This document shows, piece after piece, positions 1 through 12,913 of a DNA stretch of 64,000 bases. The notes under the pieces are model-generated. The model was not told the origin of the DNA. It searched no databases and saw nothing but the letters and a program-made list of their open reading frames with translations. The position numbers and the translations under genes are program-made. How positions within the stretch are numbered: position 1 is the stretch's first letter; the number at the start of each line of letters is the position of its first letter. The DNA is from Octopus bimaculoides (taxonomy: Eukaryota): the NCBI RefSeq assembly GCF_001194135.2, contig NC_068985.1, forward strand, positions 108,199,979 to 108,263,978, read 5' to 3'.

Positions 1-40
<40 letters not shown>

Positions 41-740
41 AAGCACCTGTACTTAATTGTTTTCATTAAAAGTAAGTGACTACGAAGTTTTTCTTTGAGA
101 TACTTTCAGAATATTTGTGAAAATTTATGCGCTATTCATCATATCAAAATTACATGGAAGTTTTATATTTCAAGTTTGAATAGATTGTATAATGTGTATA
201 ATCTATTTGATTTCACATGTGTATAATTTATTGATTAATACTGTTCTATTTGGTTCCACATCAGAATTTTTCGATTCAACATACACTAGCATAGCAGAAA
301 ATCATCCGGAAAGCGGTGTTTCTGCAAGTATTTTAAAAGAAAACTTCCAAAGATCCGTTTGAGCCTACAATAATGAGGAAAGAAAAAATTAAACTGTTTT
401 TGGAGGCTCATTTCCTCCCCAACCACCGAGGTTTGTTAAATGCATATTTTCCAATGAAATTATTCAGAAGTATGTTTTCAATGGTGAAGATAGAGTACGA
501 TTGTCTTGATAAAATTTGCAGAAAGAAATATCATAATCTATACCATCGAAAACATATCTCTGGAAAATTTCATTAAAGGAGATGCATTATACTTTGTCCC
601 TTGGTAGTAATGGCAGAAGGCTATGAAGAAACATTGTCGATAGGTGGTGCCACACATCTATAGTTATACCAACATATGTTTGAAATGTTCAATATGCAGA
701 ATTTCTAAAGTGAAATGTAATGGAAATGAAAGATACTTAC

Positions 741-898
741 ATAGAAAAATTTGATATAAATGAATTGTGAGGCATGTTTACATGTAAGTCTGCTAGGACA
801 GCAGAATTGTATGGATTATAATACTTCATGGACACTTGTGTGGTAGCAAATCGATATTTAATATCACTGATTACATGAATGGATTTCAGGGTTGCTTT
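741..898 (-). CDS. ITIH-like gene 2 exon 2 (VIT) KATLKSIHVISDIKYRFATT...SNFSM; gene continues left of the window
   Basis: Same 158-nt size, phases and motifs as gene 1 exons 2A/2B; CCCCAG/GTAAGT. Confidence 0.88.
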
Positions 899-1066
899 CT
901 GGGGAAAAAAAAGAAAAGAAAAGAAAAGAAATATCACAAACCTTTTTGAAAGAACACATTAATATTCTAACACTAAAAGTAGAAATTAAGTTTCTTTTAA
1001 ATCTTTGATACAGAGAGTTTGATTTCAACTTTACTTTTTGTTACTATTGATTTAAAGCCTATTAAT

Positions 1067-1350
1067 GTTGTTGGCACTCCGTCGCTTACGACGTTGAGGG
1101 TTCCACTTGATCCGATCAACGGAACAGTCTGCCCGTGAAATTAACGTGCAAGTGGCTGAGCACTCAACAGACACGTGTACCCTTAACGTAGTTCTCGGGG
1201 ATATTCAGCGTGACACAGTGTAACAAGGCTGACCCTTTGAATTACAGACATAACAGAAACAGGAAGTAAGAGTGAGAGAAAGTTGTGGTGAAAGAGTACA
1301 GCAGGGTTCGCCACCATCCCCTGCCGGAGCCTCGTGAAGCTTTAGGTGTC
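1067..1350 (-). mobile_element. OR-type SINE lacking its tRNA head
   Basis: Near-identical to 63472-63812. Confidence 0.85.
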
Positions 1351-2283
1351 CCGAATACTTTTTTCTCGTGCTAACGACACTAGTGAGGTTGCCAAGAAAC
1401 TTATACATTAAATAAAGGATGTTTTTTAATAATTTGTATCAGACTGGTGTAACTAAAGCGGCTGAATGCCAGTCTTAACAGCAGTAGGTAAATACATGTC
1501 TGTAAGATGTGAACCGAGACGGAACCGTGGCTAAAGCTTCAGTCTTTTGTAGAAGAATGAGCACAAAAAGACCTGATGGTGATGTTAGATAAACCGAGTG
1601 GCGAGTCAGCTCGACAATAAAAAAAACAAAACAAAACAAAACAAAAGAAAAACAAAAAACCTTCTTTGAGTAGAAAGTCAACAAGCTCCTGGAGACAATT
1701 TTGTAAAACTTTTCATAAGGATAATAAATATACGAAACTGAGAGAAAATTCAACCATCTGTTTGCATTAAAAAAATCAACATTTCATTAAAACAGTGCAG
1801 TAGATAAGATGAGCCTTAAAATAATCGTTGTTTAACCTTATGTTGTTAAATTATCCCATAATCAGAAGCATTCTAGCTATATCCAGGGTTGTCTTAGCAG
1901 TATTATAGATTCCAGGCAAATCTACGCGCTGGGCCCTGTAATACGTACTTAGTGATAGCAAACCATAACATGAATAAATTAGAATTAGGCTCCTAGATCA
2001 ACGAGGCCCCCGAGTAGCTGCCCGATATGTTCACTCCTTAAAGCATCAGTAGTTATATCTATACATATAGCTACTGTGTCTTCCATTCAGGATTTGTGTA
2101 CAATTCCTCTGGCTACATTATACTCTAAACTTCCTTTACGAGATGGTAGGCTGTTGCTTGAAGAATATTTGGATATTTCTATCAAACAGAGTGACTACCT
2201 GGAAGCGTTCTCTCGTTGGCTCCACACATATTATTTGTGAAGCAATGAAGTGTTTGAGAGGTAACAGCGGAAAGTTATTGACA

Positions 2284-2791
2284 GGCAAAAGCGTGGCTGT
2301 GTGATCAAGAAGTTCATTTCGCAGCCAAGCAGTCTCTGCACGACATTTTGGGCAAGTGTCTTCGCCTGTAACAGCAGACCAAACAAAACGGTGTGAGTTT
2401 GGTGGGCGGAAACTATGTGGGTGCCGCCCATTGTATGTATATATGCACGCACACACACACACACATGCACATGCCTACCCCCCAGATATACGTATATCTA
2501 TAATGTAGTAAAGCTTCAACGTGTAAAATAGTACTCGAACAGTTAAGAGAGTAAAGATGTTATAATGAAAACTAATTTGCCAAACCGCTAAGTTACAGGG
2601 ACGTAAACATACCAACACCGGTTGTTAAACACATACAAAGAGATACACACATACGCACACACACATGCGACAGGCTTCTTTCGTCTATCAAATCCACTTA
2701 CATGGCTTTGGTCGCCCCGAGGCTATAGTGGAAGACACTTGCCCAAGGTACCACGCAGTGAGACTGAACCCGGAACCATGTGGTTGGAAAG
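2284..2791. mobile_element. Two degenerate OK-type SINE pieces in opposite orientation (2284-2430 +, 2575-2791 -)
   Basis: Similarity to the 61366 family head. Confidence 0.65.
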
Positions 2792-2969
2792 TTTGACTTG
2801 CAGCTTAGCTGGATAAATGAGGATTGACTATAGACTGTATTTCAATCGAGCTGGTCGTTGCATAATACAATAGTTTCAGAGAGGGGAAACAATTGTTATC
2901 TGCTCAGCTTATGGCATTTATATATTCTTTTCTTTCATTCTTTTACTTGTTTCAGTCATTTGACAACAT

Positions 2970-3240
2970 GAAATACGAAAACAAAGTTGGATACGCAAAC
3001 AACGAGAGAAACAACTGGAAAACAAGACAAGTAACATAAAGAACGATCCTTCATCTGTTGTCGGGTGTCCATCTACTCCTCATTTCGAGCATTGAACGAC
3101 CGCAGGAGCAACTGCCTTCGAAGTCTCATATTGTTGTTCCATATATGCATATATCTGTACCCATATATGTGCNNNNNNNNNNCTAATGCATCTATTTGTT
3201 TTCTACACCACCTGTCTTCGTCTGTTGTTTTTATTGGTGA
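2970..3240 (-). mobile_element. Penelope-like terminal repeat fragments
   Basis: 'aacaacagacgaagacaggtggtgtagaaaacaaa' resembles recalled cephalopod PLE repeat; not verified. Confidence 0.35.
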
Positions 3241-3301
3241 ATTCTACCTATATATATATATATTATATTTGTATTCCTTTTCATATATATATATTCCTTT
3301 A

Positions 3302-3337
<36 letters not shown>

Positions 3338-3351
3338 TGTATGTATGTATG

Positions 3352-3408
<57 letters not shown>

Positions 3409-5185
3409 ATTTATCTATATATATGTATGTTTGTGTGTGTATATATATTCCGGGTTAAAAAGGAACTGTCCTTGGTAAGATGTTTTTTGTCGGAGATAAA
3501 ATAATTCTATGATTATATTTGAATTTTCAAGCGTTTCTCCTTTTCGTGAATGCTAGTGACGTCAATTATTAACTTATCGCTCCACAATTCAATTTTCATC
3601 ACCTCTTTTCTAATATGTAGCAAATGCGCGTGTGTGTGTCATGTTATATATTGCGTGCCTAGCTCCAATCTATTATTTATTTATGGGTCTAATTTATAGA
3701 AAACTGAAAGAAGCCCGTCGTATATATATATATATATATATATATATNNNNNNNNNNNNNNNNNNNNNNNNNNNNNNNNNNNNNNNNNNNNNNNNNNNNN
3801 NNNNNNNNNNNNNNNNNNNNNNNNNNNNNNNNNNNNNNNNNNNNNNNNNNNNNNNNNNNNNNNNNNNNNNNNNNNNNNNNNNNNNNNNNNNNNNNNNNNN
3901 NNNNNNNNNNNNNNNNNNNNNNNNNNNNNNNNNNNNNNNNNNNNNNNNNNNNNNNNNNNNNNNNNNNNNNNNNNNNNNNNNNNNNNNNNNNNNNNNNNNN
4001 NNNNNNNNNNNNNNNNNNNNNNNNNNNNNNNNNNNNNNNNNNNNNNNNNNNNNNNNNNNNNNNNNNNNNNNNNNNNNNNNNNNNNNNNNNNNNNNNNNNN
4101 NNNNNNNNNNNNNNNNNNNNNNNNNNNNNNNNNNNNNNNNNNNNNNNNNNNNNNNNNNNNNNNNNNNNNNNNNNNNNNNNNNNNNNNNNNNNNNNNNNNN
4201 NNNNNNNNNNNNNNNNNNNNNNNNNNNNNNNNNNNNNNNNNNNNNNNNNNNNNNNNNNNNNNNNNNNNNNNNNNNNNNNNNNNNNNNNNNNNNNNNNNNN
4301 NNNNNNNNNNNNNNNNNNNNNNNNNNNNNNNNNNNNNNNNNNNNNNNNNNNNNNNNNNNNNNNNNNNNNNNNNNNNNNNNNNNNNNNNNNNNNNNNNNNN
4401 NNNNNNNNNNNNNNNNNNNNNNNNNNNNNNNNNNNNNNNNNNNNNNNNNNNNNNNNNNNNNNNNNNNNNNNNNNNNNNNNNNNNNNNNNNNNNNNNNNNN
4501 NNNNNNNNNNNNNNNNNNNNNNNNNNNNNNNNNNNNNNNNNNNNNNNNNNNNNNNNNNNNNNNNNNNNNNNNNNNNNNNNNNNNNNNNNNNNNNNNNNNN
4601 NNNNNNNNNNNNNNNNNNNNNNNNNNNNNNNNNNNNNNNNNNNNNNNNNNNNNNNNNNNNNNNNNNNNNNNNNNNNNNNNNNNNNNNNNNNNNNNNNNNN
4701 NNNNNNNNNNNNNNNNNNNNNNNNNNNNNNNNNNNNNNNNNNNNNGGCGGTGCCCCAGCATGGCCGCAATCTGATGACTAAAAGAAATAATATATATATT
4801 TGCGATAATTACATTGTATGAACATGCATGTATATAGATTTGTATCTTATACACATACATAAGACATATATCATCTATATGCATATATTACATATATAGA
4901 TATGTGTGTTTATGTACAAGCATATGTATACATGTGTATGTATATACGCGCATGTGTATGTGTGTGTATGTGTATGTAGGATTCAATATCTTTTATCTTT
5001 ATCTTTTACGCGCCTCAGTCATTCGACTGCAGCGACGCTGGAGCACCGATTGGAAGGGTTTTAATCAAACAAATCGATCCCAGTACTTATTTTGTATAAA
5101 TCATAAATATACATTACATCTACATATATTTATAAACCTAAATATGAGTATAAAATAAAGATACACATCCATAGATATTACTTAC

Positions 5186-5266
5186 GAGTATATTTGTTTC
5201 GGCATCCACTATGTATACCAGTGAACATAATAAAGCTTGTAACACCACAAGCTGTAGTGACACCAT
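5186..5266 (-). CDS. ITIH-like gene 2, first coding exon, signal peptide MVSLQLVVLQALLCSLVYIVDAETNIL
   Basis: 27-aa hydrophobic leader, CTC|GTAAGT donor, phase 0; strong acceptor (tttctcttag) 24 nt upstream of the ATG suggests a 5'UTR intron. Confidence 0.7.
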
Positions 5267-5384
5267 CTTTGATTGGGGGAAATGTGGGTACTAAGAGAAA
5301 AAAACAAAAAAAACAGAGGAGAAAGAACAACAAGAACGAGAAAAAGGAAAGAGAAGATAGAAAAAGAAATAAGAGGCGAAGGGT

Positions 5385-5439
5385 GACAATAATGATGATG
5401 GTGATGATGATGATGATGATGGTGATGAAGCGTAGGAGG

Positions 5440-5504
<65 letters not shown>

Positions 5505-5593
5505 GTGCAAGAGGAGAAAGGAGGGTGATGAAGAATAATAAATGTTTTTTGATACGATTTGCCTGAACGAGATTTTTGGAGTATTTCTCCATT

Positions 5594-5657
<64 letters not shown>

Positions 5658-5714
5658 AATAAAAATAATGATGATGATGATGATGATGATGATGATTATA
5701 ATAATAATAATAAC

Positions 5715-5768
<54 letters not shown>

Positions 5769-5888
5769 CTTTTCTACTATAAGCACAAGGCCTGAAATTT
5801 GTGGGGAGTGGGATAGTCGATTACATCGACTCCAGTAATAATGAAAGAATAAGAATAAAATGACAACGAGGAAGAAGAAGAAAAAGAA

Positions 5889-5923
<35 letters not shown>

Positions 5924-6263
5924 AGAAAAAAAAAGAAGAAGAAGAAGAAGAAGAAGAAGAAGAAGAAGAAAAAGGACAATGAATTATTAAAAGAGGATAG
6001 AGTACAGGAATGAGAGAAAGAAGTAGAAAAAGAAGAGGAAGAGAAAGAAGGCAGTCTAACAATAATAACGGTATCATCAAATGAAAACTTTTAAAATGCT
6101 TTTGTTTATTCTGGTGAAGAGGTGTGCGTCTAGTGTTTTAGAACGATAGTGAATTAAAGATGCAACAACAACACCATCATTAGAAACAAACAAAAACAGC
6201 AACAATATAATTATGATTAATTCGGTGAGTATGGATATGTGCAGGGATAGGGGCAGCGTGTTC

Positions 6264-6318
<55 letters not shown>

Positions 6319-6326
6319 GTTATTGC

Positions 6327-6384
<58 letters not shown>

Positions 6385-6398
6385 GTTGTTGTTATTGC

Positions 6399-6467
<69 letters not shown>

Positions 6468-6524
6468 CATCATTCTTCTTCTTCTTCTTATTATTATTAT
6501 CATTATCATTATTATCATTATTGC

Positions 6525-6576
<52 letters not shown>

Positions 6577-6620
6577 GTTATTATTATTATTATTATTATT
6601 ATTGTTATTATTATTATTTT
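5385..6620. repeat. Compound microsatellite block (ATG)n/(AAT)n/(GAA)n/(ATT)n upstream of the gene 2 ATG
   Basis: Direct inspection. Confidence 0.95.
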
Positions 6621-7790
6621 CTTTTTACTGATACAAAATGTTGGTCATGTATGTAAAAAAATCTTAAGGATATGTATTTTACGCAGCAGGTAGTTGGGCT
6701 ATTTGAAAGATATATCACTTTTCCAGCTGCTGGTGTTGTGTGTGTCACTCAACACACAAAATGGAATAACGATAATAATGAAGCAAACACAAATCTCATT
6801 TTCGTAATGCCAAGAGTGACAAATATATATATGTATATCTTTCATTTTAGCTCAAATAGCTACTGTACACTTCATTGATAGAATACCAATCCCAAAGCAA
6901 ATTTAAATAACAGGAATTAAAGATTTATTCCCCAAACAAAGTATTCCCTCGACATTATGATGTTTTTCAACTGCTGCTTACGACTTTTGTATCGTCTTAC
7001 AGTATTTAATTTTATTAACATATACAAACCTCCCGATCCTTTCTAGTATAATTCCATTTGCTTCCATCAACAAAGTTCTTAAATTTTTCCACATCACATT
7101 TCTCTCTCTCGTCTGTTGTTACTAAAGTTGTTGTTGTTGTTGTTGCTATTGCTCCAAATTTCCATTTGGTGTGATACTCCACTGTTGGTTGTTGATATGG
7201 TTTGCTAGTATAATACGTGTTGGCGCACCACTATATCAACCAAATTCACTATGGCTTCTATTCGGTTTGCGAAAGACAGATGGTGCCATTTTTCATACTC
7301 AGCGTATGACTTTCGGTAACCTCATTTGGCTATTGTTAATTAAACAGCCTAACCAGCGTGGTTTGGACATTGAAGTAGTGATTTTGCTTAACTTAAAAAT
7401 CTTTTCTAAACCTTTCTACGAATTTTCTCTCTTGTAGCCCTAATACCGAATTCCCCAGCGAATCTCGCCAGCAGCTGTCTGATATATTTTTGTATTTCTA
7501 ACGAACAAATTCTGTATTCATTTAACCCTTCTTTTAATTGATTCAGTAAACTAGTTACTGGAAACTTTTTATTTTTGTAAAAATATCCTAAACTTACTTA
7601 AACTCTTGTTAAAGGCTTTGTCAACTTGAGTGTGTATCTTGTTAACCTGTGATCTTGTAATAATAATAGTTAGAAACAAGGCGTCCTAGCTAATAATTTG
7701 ATTAAAATAAGTATTCCCGAATCAACCTGTTGATGTTGGTCCTTGACTTATATGACACAGTCCAAGATATTGTAATATTACATAATATGT

Positions 7791-8220
7791 AAGGCGGTGA
7801 GCTGGCAGAAACGTTAGCACGCCGGGCGAAATACTTAGCGGTATTTCGTCTGTGCTACGTTCTGAGTTCAAATTCCGCCGAGGTCGACTTTGCCTTTCAT
7901 CCTTTCGGGGTCGATTAAATAAGTACCAGTTACGTACTGGGGTCGATACAATCGCCCTAATCCCTTTGTCTGTCCTTGTTTGTCCCCTTTGTGTTTAGCC
8001 CCTTGTGGGTAGTAAAGAAATAAGAAACGTTAGCACGCCGGGCGAAATGCTTAGCGGTATTTCGTCTGCCTTTACTTTCTGAGTTCAAATTCCGCCGAGG
8101 TCGACTTTGCCTTTCACCCTTTCGGGGTCGATAAATTAAGTACCAGTTGCGTACTGGGGTCGATCTAACCGACTAGCCCAGGTTCTCAAAATTTCAGGCC
8201 TTGTGCCTAGAGTAGAAACG
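7791..8220 (+). mobile_element. tRNA-derived SINE, tandem (dimeric) copy
   Basis: aggcggtgagctggcagaaacgttagcacgccgggcgaaat...gagttcaaattccgccgagg present twice. Confidence 0.88.
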
Positions 8221-8529
8221 AATATTACGTAATATGTATTAACTAACTAGTTGATACCTACTGGTCAGTTTAAAGCAATCCATAGAGATATTCAGATTTT
8301 TGTTTTATCTTTAGACACGCCGACAGGAAATGAACACTTATCCAAAAAAGGCCACATTATCTAGTTGATATCTACTGGAGTGTTACAGTGGATTTAAGGT
8401 CAGAATGAAAAAACCGGAAGAAATGCTGCTAAGCATTTTATCGAGAAATAATCAAACCTTTGCAATTTCTTTTGACACTCCTTCATAATTATATGGTACT
8501 TCCATTTCAAGTAATCTTTTCTACTAAAC

Positions 8530-9232
8530 GCACGAGGCCTGAATTTTTTTGTGGGAAGGGACTAGTCGATTTCATCGACCTCAGTATTTGACTGGTACTT
8601 AATTTATCGACTTCGAACGGATGAACAGCAAAGTCGACTTCAGCGGAATTTGAACTCAGAACGTAAAGACAGACGAAATACCACTAAGTAGTTCGCCCGG
8701 CGTGCTAACGATTCTGCCATCTCGCCGCCTTACTTCCACTTCAAATAATGAATACATGCACTAACGACCGAATCTTGAGATGTCCCTCAACGTTACTTTA
8801 AAAAATTTAATTCTTCTCTAATTCTGGAGTACAATATTGACTGATATTTTATGTCTAGAAATGACAGACTGCTCTGCTGAAATAAATGGAAATTTTGGCC
8901 TAGACGGTAAGGCTTTCTAAACTGGTGCATCGACCAAACAAAGATAAAGAAAATCAAAGAAAAAAAAAAAAGTGTCAAGAAGCAGAAAAGAGATAGGGTA
9001 CCGTGGAATAAAAACATAAGTGATATTGGTTTCAAGTTTTGGCACAAGGCTAGCAGTTTTATGGAGGGGCTAATTCGGTTAAATCGAGTTAAGTGGTACT
9101 TTTTTTATCGACCCTTAGAACATGAGAGGCAAAGTTGACTTCAGCAGAATTTGAACCTAGAATGTATAAACGGACGAAATGCCGCTAAGCATTTCGCCCA
9201 GCGCGCTAACGATTCTATTAGTTTGCTGCCTT
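8530..9232 (-). mobile_element. Two SINE copies of the 7791 family (8530-8730 and 9040-9232)
   Basis: Reverse complement of the 7791 head and body. Confidence 0.8.
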
Positions 9233-9402
9233 TGGTATCATGTCAATATTAAGTTAGCGAAATTGTTTCAGAAGGCACGGGTGTGTTGTTAAGAATCTCA
9301 CTTTTCAACCATGTGATTTCACGGTTCAGTCCCACTGTGTAGTACTTTGGGCAAGTATTTTCTATTATACTTCAGGTCGACTAATGCTTGTGAGTAAATA
9401 TA

Positions 9403-9440
<38 letters not shown>

Positions 9441-9936
9441 CTTTGTGTTTGTCTCCATTACCACTTGACAACCGGTGCTGGTTTCTTTACGTCTTCATAG
9501 CTTAGCGGTTCAAAAAAGTTACCGATAAAGTGCCATACTTAAAACATTAGTGCTAGAAGCGATTTCTTCGACTGAACCCTTCAAGGCGGGTTCTCAGCAT
9601 AGTTGCAGTTCAATGTCTAAAACAAATAAAAGATAAAATGTGTTTGTGAATGGCAGAAGAATTAGAGTACCGAACGAAATACATTATTCTACTTTTCAAT
9701 TGAAAATTTAGAATCATGTTCTGTAGAAATGATAGTCAAGTTATATTTGTTATCGAATCTATTTTTTTAAAATAAAAGTGGAGATGCTAACGTCAACAAC
9801 AATCATGTAAGATGAGTATATTGGGTGTTTCACAGCTTTCAGTTCTTTGGTTTGATTGAAGGAAATTAGCATACTAAGATAAAGTTTAAATATAAATGTA
9901 CGTCGTGTACTTTGACAGCAGTTATTGTAGAGGAGG

Positions 9937-10756
9937 CACTAGCGTAGCTAGAAGGAGGCGGATGGGGCGATTCCGCCCCGCGTGGAGGTCACACCACTTT
10001 TGGGCCTGCTGTAGGCAATATGTTTTTTGTGGGGAATATGTTTCTTGGGCAATATGTTTTTTGTAGGGGCGGCGGATCTTTTTTAAAACGGGGGCCACAT
10101 TTTTCATTAATGTTTTACGTAGTGCCTTTGGTACCGAAAGACTTTCAAACTTCGTATACTTATCTATTTTGTGTTATAGAACAGAAAAATATTTTTGTAT
10201 TCGAATTTATTTCATGTAAAAAATTGTCTTATTTCGATAATTTCAACCAATCACTGACGTCCATTCAGCCGATATACATTAAGTGCCGACTACATAAACA
10301 AACGATTCTTCGTTTTATTTGCTTTTTTCATTTTAAATTTGCTTTAACCCTAACCCTAACCCTAACCCTAACCCTAACCCTAACTCTAACCCTAGGGTTA
10401 GGGTTAGGGTTAGAGTTAGGGTTAGGGTTAGGGTTAATTGTTTCAGAATTGTTTGTTTATGTAGTCGGCACTTAATGTATATCGGCTGAATGGACGTCAG
10501 TGATTGGTTGAAATTACAGAAATACGACAACTTTAACATGGAATAATTTATGGATTTCTTTTTTTTTTAAAAAAGACTAAGAGAAAAAGATGTTTTATAT
10601 GACACATTCTACCAGTGATCCAAGTTTCAAAGTGTTTCGTTAATGAAAAATGTGGCCCCCGTTTTAAAAAAGATCCGGGGCGGCAAACTGAAGGGCCGCC
10701 CCGGGCGGCACACTGAAGGGCCGCCCCGGGCGGCACAAACTGTAGCTATGCTAGTG
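9937..10756. mobile_element. hAT-like MITE (outer element)
   Basis: TIR CACTAGCGTAGCTA / TAGCTATGCTAGTG; 8-bp flanks agaggagg / aaaggagg (TSD with one mismatch); internal GC-rich 25-bp tandem repeat. Confidence 0.7.
10074..10676. mobile_element. Palindromic MITE with central (CCCTAA)n-(TTAGGG)n, nested in the hAT-like MITE
   Basis: ~36-bp TIR GGATCTTTTTTAAAACGGGG(G)CCACATTTTTCATTAA; perfect 8-bp TSD GGGGCGGC; internal ~65-bp inverted segments. Confidence 0.85.
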
Positions 10757-11469
10757 AAAGGAGGTAACCGTTTCTAGATTAATCATGGCAGGTTAAAAGT
10801 TTAAATTTTTGGATCGAAGTGTATCGGAGAAGCACAGAATATACATAATTAAATATTTCTCCTTTAGCACTCATTGCAAAGATTTTCTCGTCATAGGTAG
10901 CCATGTATAGCGACACTTCATCCTTATCTAATATCGTCAGCATGACCCAAATGTCGCATTTATCTGGATTGATTATCTATGTATTTGGTGTTTAAGGTGC
11001 AGGTATGACTGAATAGCTAAGGGTGTCGCTTTGTAATCATGTGTGATCGTTATATATGTCTTGAGTAAGTGTCTTCTGTTACAGCATCGCGTCGACCCAA
11101 GGATTATGAATGAGATTTAGTAAATACAATTTGTGTGCAGTCCTATCGGAGGGATTGACATAGAACTGATTGTTATGTCAGACTAAATATGGTGATTAGT
11201 GAGACAAAACATCTTAACTCGAAGTGTCGAAGATGGGTCTCGTTTTGTGCGTGTGATTAATGTAGCAAACTTAGCTGCATGAATGTTACTTGGAAAGCCA
11301 TGTCGGTTAAAGAGATGAGGCTAAGATAAGATTCTTTTGAGAAAGAGCGAGAAAATTCGATCACAATTCATGAGTGGCTGCTGGGTGGATCACTAATGTA
11401 TTCATGTCAATGAATGCTTTGGATGTCAACCATAGAGAAAAGAAAAATACTGTTTGCTAGTATATTGGC

Positions 11470-11682
11470 TTCAAATTTTGGCACAAGGCCAGTAAGTTCG
11501 GCAGAAAGGGTTAGTCGATCACATCAGCCCCAGTGCTCAACTGGTACTTATTTTATCTGCCTGGAAAGAATGAAAGGCAACGTTGACTTCGGCGGAATTT
11601 GAACTCAGAACATAAAGACGGACGAATTGCTACAAGAACATTTTGCTCGGCATGCTTACGATTCTGCTGCCTTGACGCCTTA
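11470..11682 (-). mobile_element. SINE of the 7791 family
   Basis: cggcggaatttgaactcagaac... Confidence 0.8.
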
Positions 11683-12358
11683 ACAGTTTGCTAACATATT
11701 AAAGTCAGGTTTAAGAGCGTTCATAGTTAATATTAATTGACGCTCAAAGAAGGAAAAAGTTACAGAGTAAAAGTATAACTTCTTTGACATAGTTCTTGAT
11801 CGGATCCCAGAGGAAAGTTCAGGAGAAACAAAATTTTAAAAAAATGAGAGGAGGTTGAAAGAAGAAAAGAGAGGAGTGATCTAGGACAAAAAAAAATGTA
11901 CGTAGGTTAGTTCACATGTTCGACTTCTGACGAACTGAAAGTGTAAGGGTTGATTGTGGTTTTCATGGCAAGAGAGTGATACAGGAATGTTTCTTGGGAT
12001 GCGTGTGTGTATAAGTGCGCGCGTATGCGTTAAGTGTATATGTGTGTATATGTGTATCTGAGTAATAGGCTTGTAACAATTTCGATTTTGTTGAGAGAGT
12101 AGCAGATTATCTGTTGGACTCTGTAGGTTGAAAATATATAATCTACATTTAGAAGTAATTCTAAATTATGGTGAACTAAACAAGGTAACTTCTAAATGGT
12201 CGCACAAGAAGTTACGCACAGGGCTCAGTCCCCCTCAAATCCCACCCAACCAGATAAATGAAAGGTCTCATTGAATAGTAGATGTAATCTGCTATTCGTA
12301 GATGTAATATATTTGAAGGAACACAGGACGACGACGATAACAACAACAACAACAACAC

Positions 12359-12390
<32 letters not shown>

Positions 12391-12673
12391 TCTTTAAATA
12401 ATAATTTCAAAAGATATTTATTGGACAGTTGGAAAACATGAATGACTTGGACACATTCTTCTGCTTTAAATATGATTCAGAACAAACATTTGTAGAAAAA
12501 TATACTTCGTCCACCAGATCCATGTAATAATTTCAAGGATATGAACTCACAATATATATGTAGAGTCGTTCTATAATTATTTTATTAACCATTAAATCTA
12601 ATATATGCACGTAAAACAATTCGATGGAATATCTAAATATATAATAACCAGTAGTGTATATAATTTATAAATA

Positions 12674-12679
12674 TTTATT
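12674..12679 (-). promoter_or_regulatory. Candidate polyadenylation signal of gene 1
   Basis: AATAAA on minus strand about 100 nt after the predicted stop. Confidence 0.35.
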
Positions 12680-12779
12680 GTTGCCTATTATCAAATTCAG
12701 ATATTTCTACACCATAACAATTCTAAACGGGTAGATTGTCATTTCACATGAAATCAGTGTCAAACCTCGTTCTTGTCTC

Positions 12780-12913
12780 TCACATCCCAAAACAATAGGA
12801 TAAACTTCCAGTAGCGGTATGGTAACTGACTTTATTATATAATCCTGCTTCGTTAGACAGCACCATCTGATTTGGGGGTTTTTCAATGCATTGGAATTCG
12901 GTTACATAATCAC
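12780..12913 (-). CDS. Gene 1 probable last coding exon SDYVTEFQC...SYCFGM*
   Basis: TTCAG acceptor, phase 1, open 44 codons to TGA; AATAAA about 100 nt downstream. Confidence 0.6.

Noticed and set aside
3632-4884. 300+ aa ORFs spanning N runs (also 16700-17740 and 61921-62752)
   Set aside because: Artifacts of assembly gaps
5178-6656. Long ORFs with poly-I, poly-L, poly-Y or poly-N runs (also at 24124-24679 and 36176-36695)
   Set aside because: They are translations of trinucleotide microsatellites
10345-10436. Interstitial telomere marking an ancient chromosome fusion
   Set aside because: Orientation is (CCCTAA)n-(TTAGGG)n, opposite to an end-to-end fusion, and the repeats lie inside a TIR/TSD-bounded element
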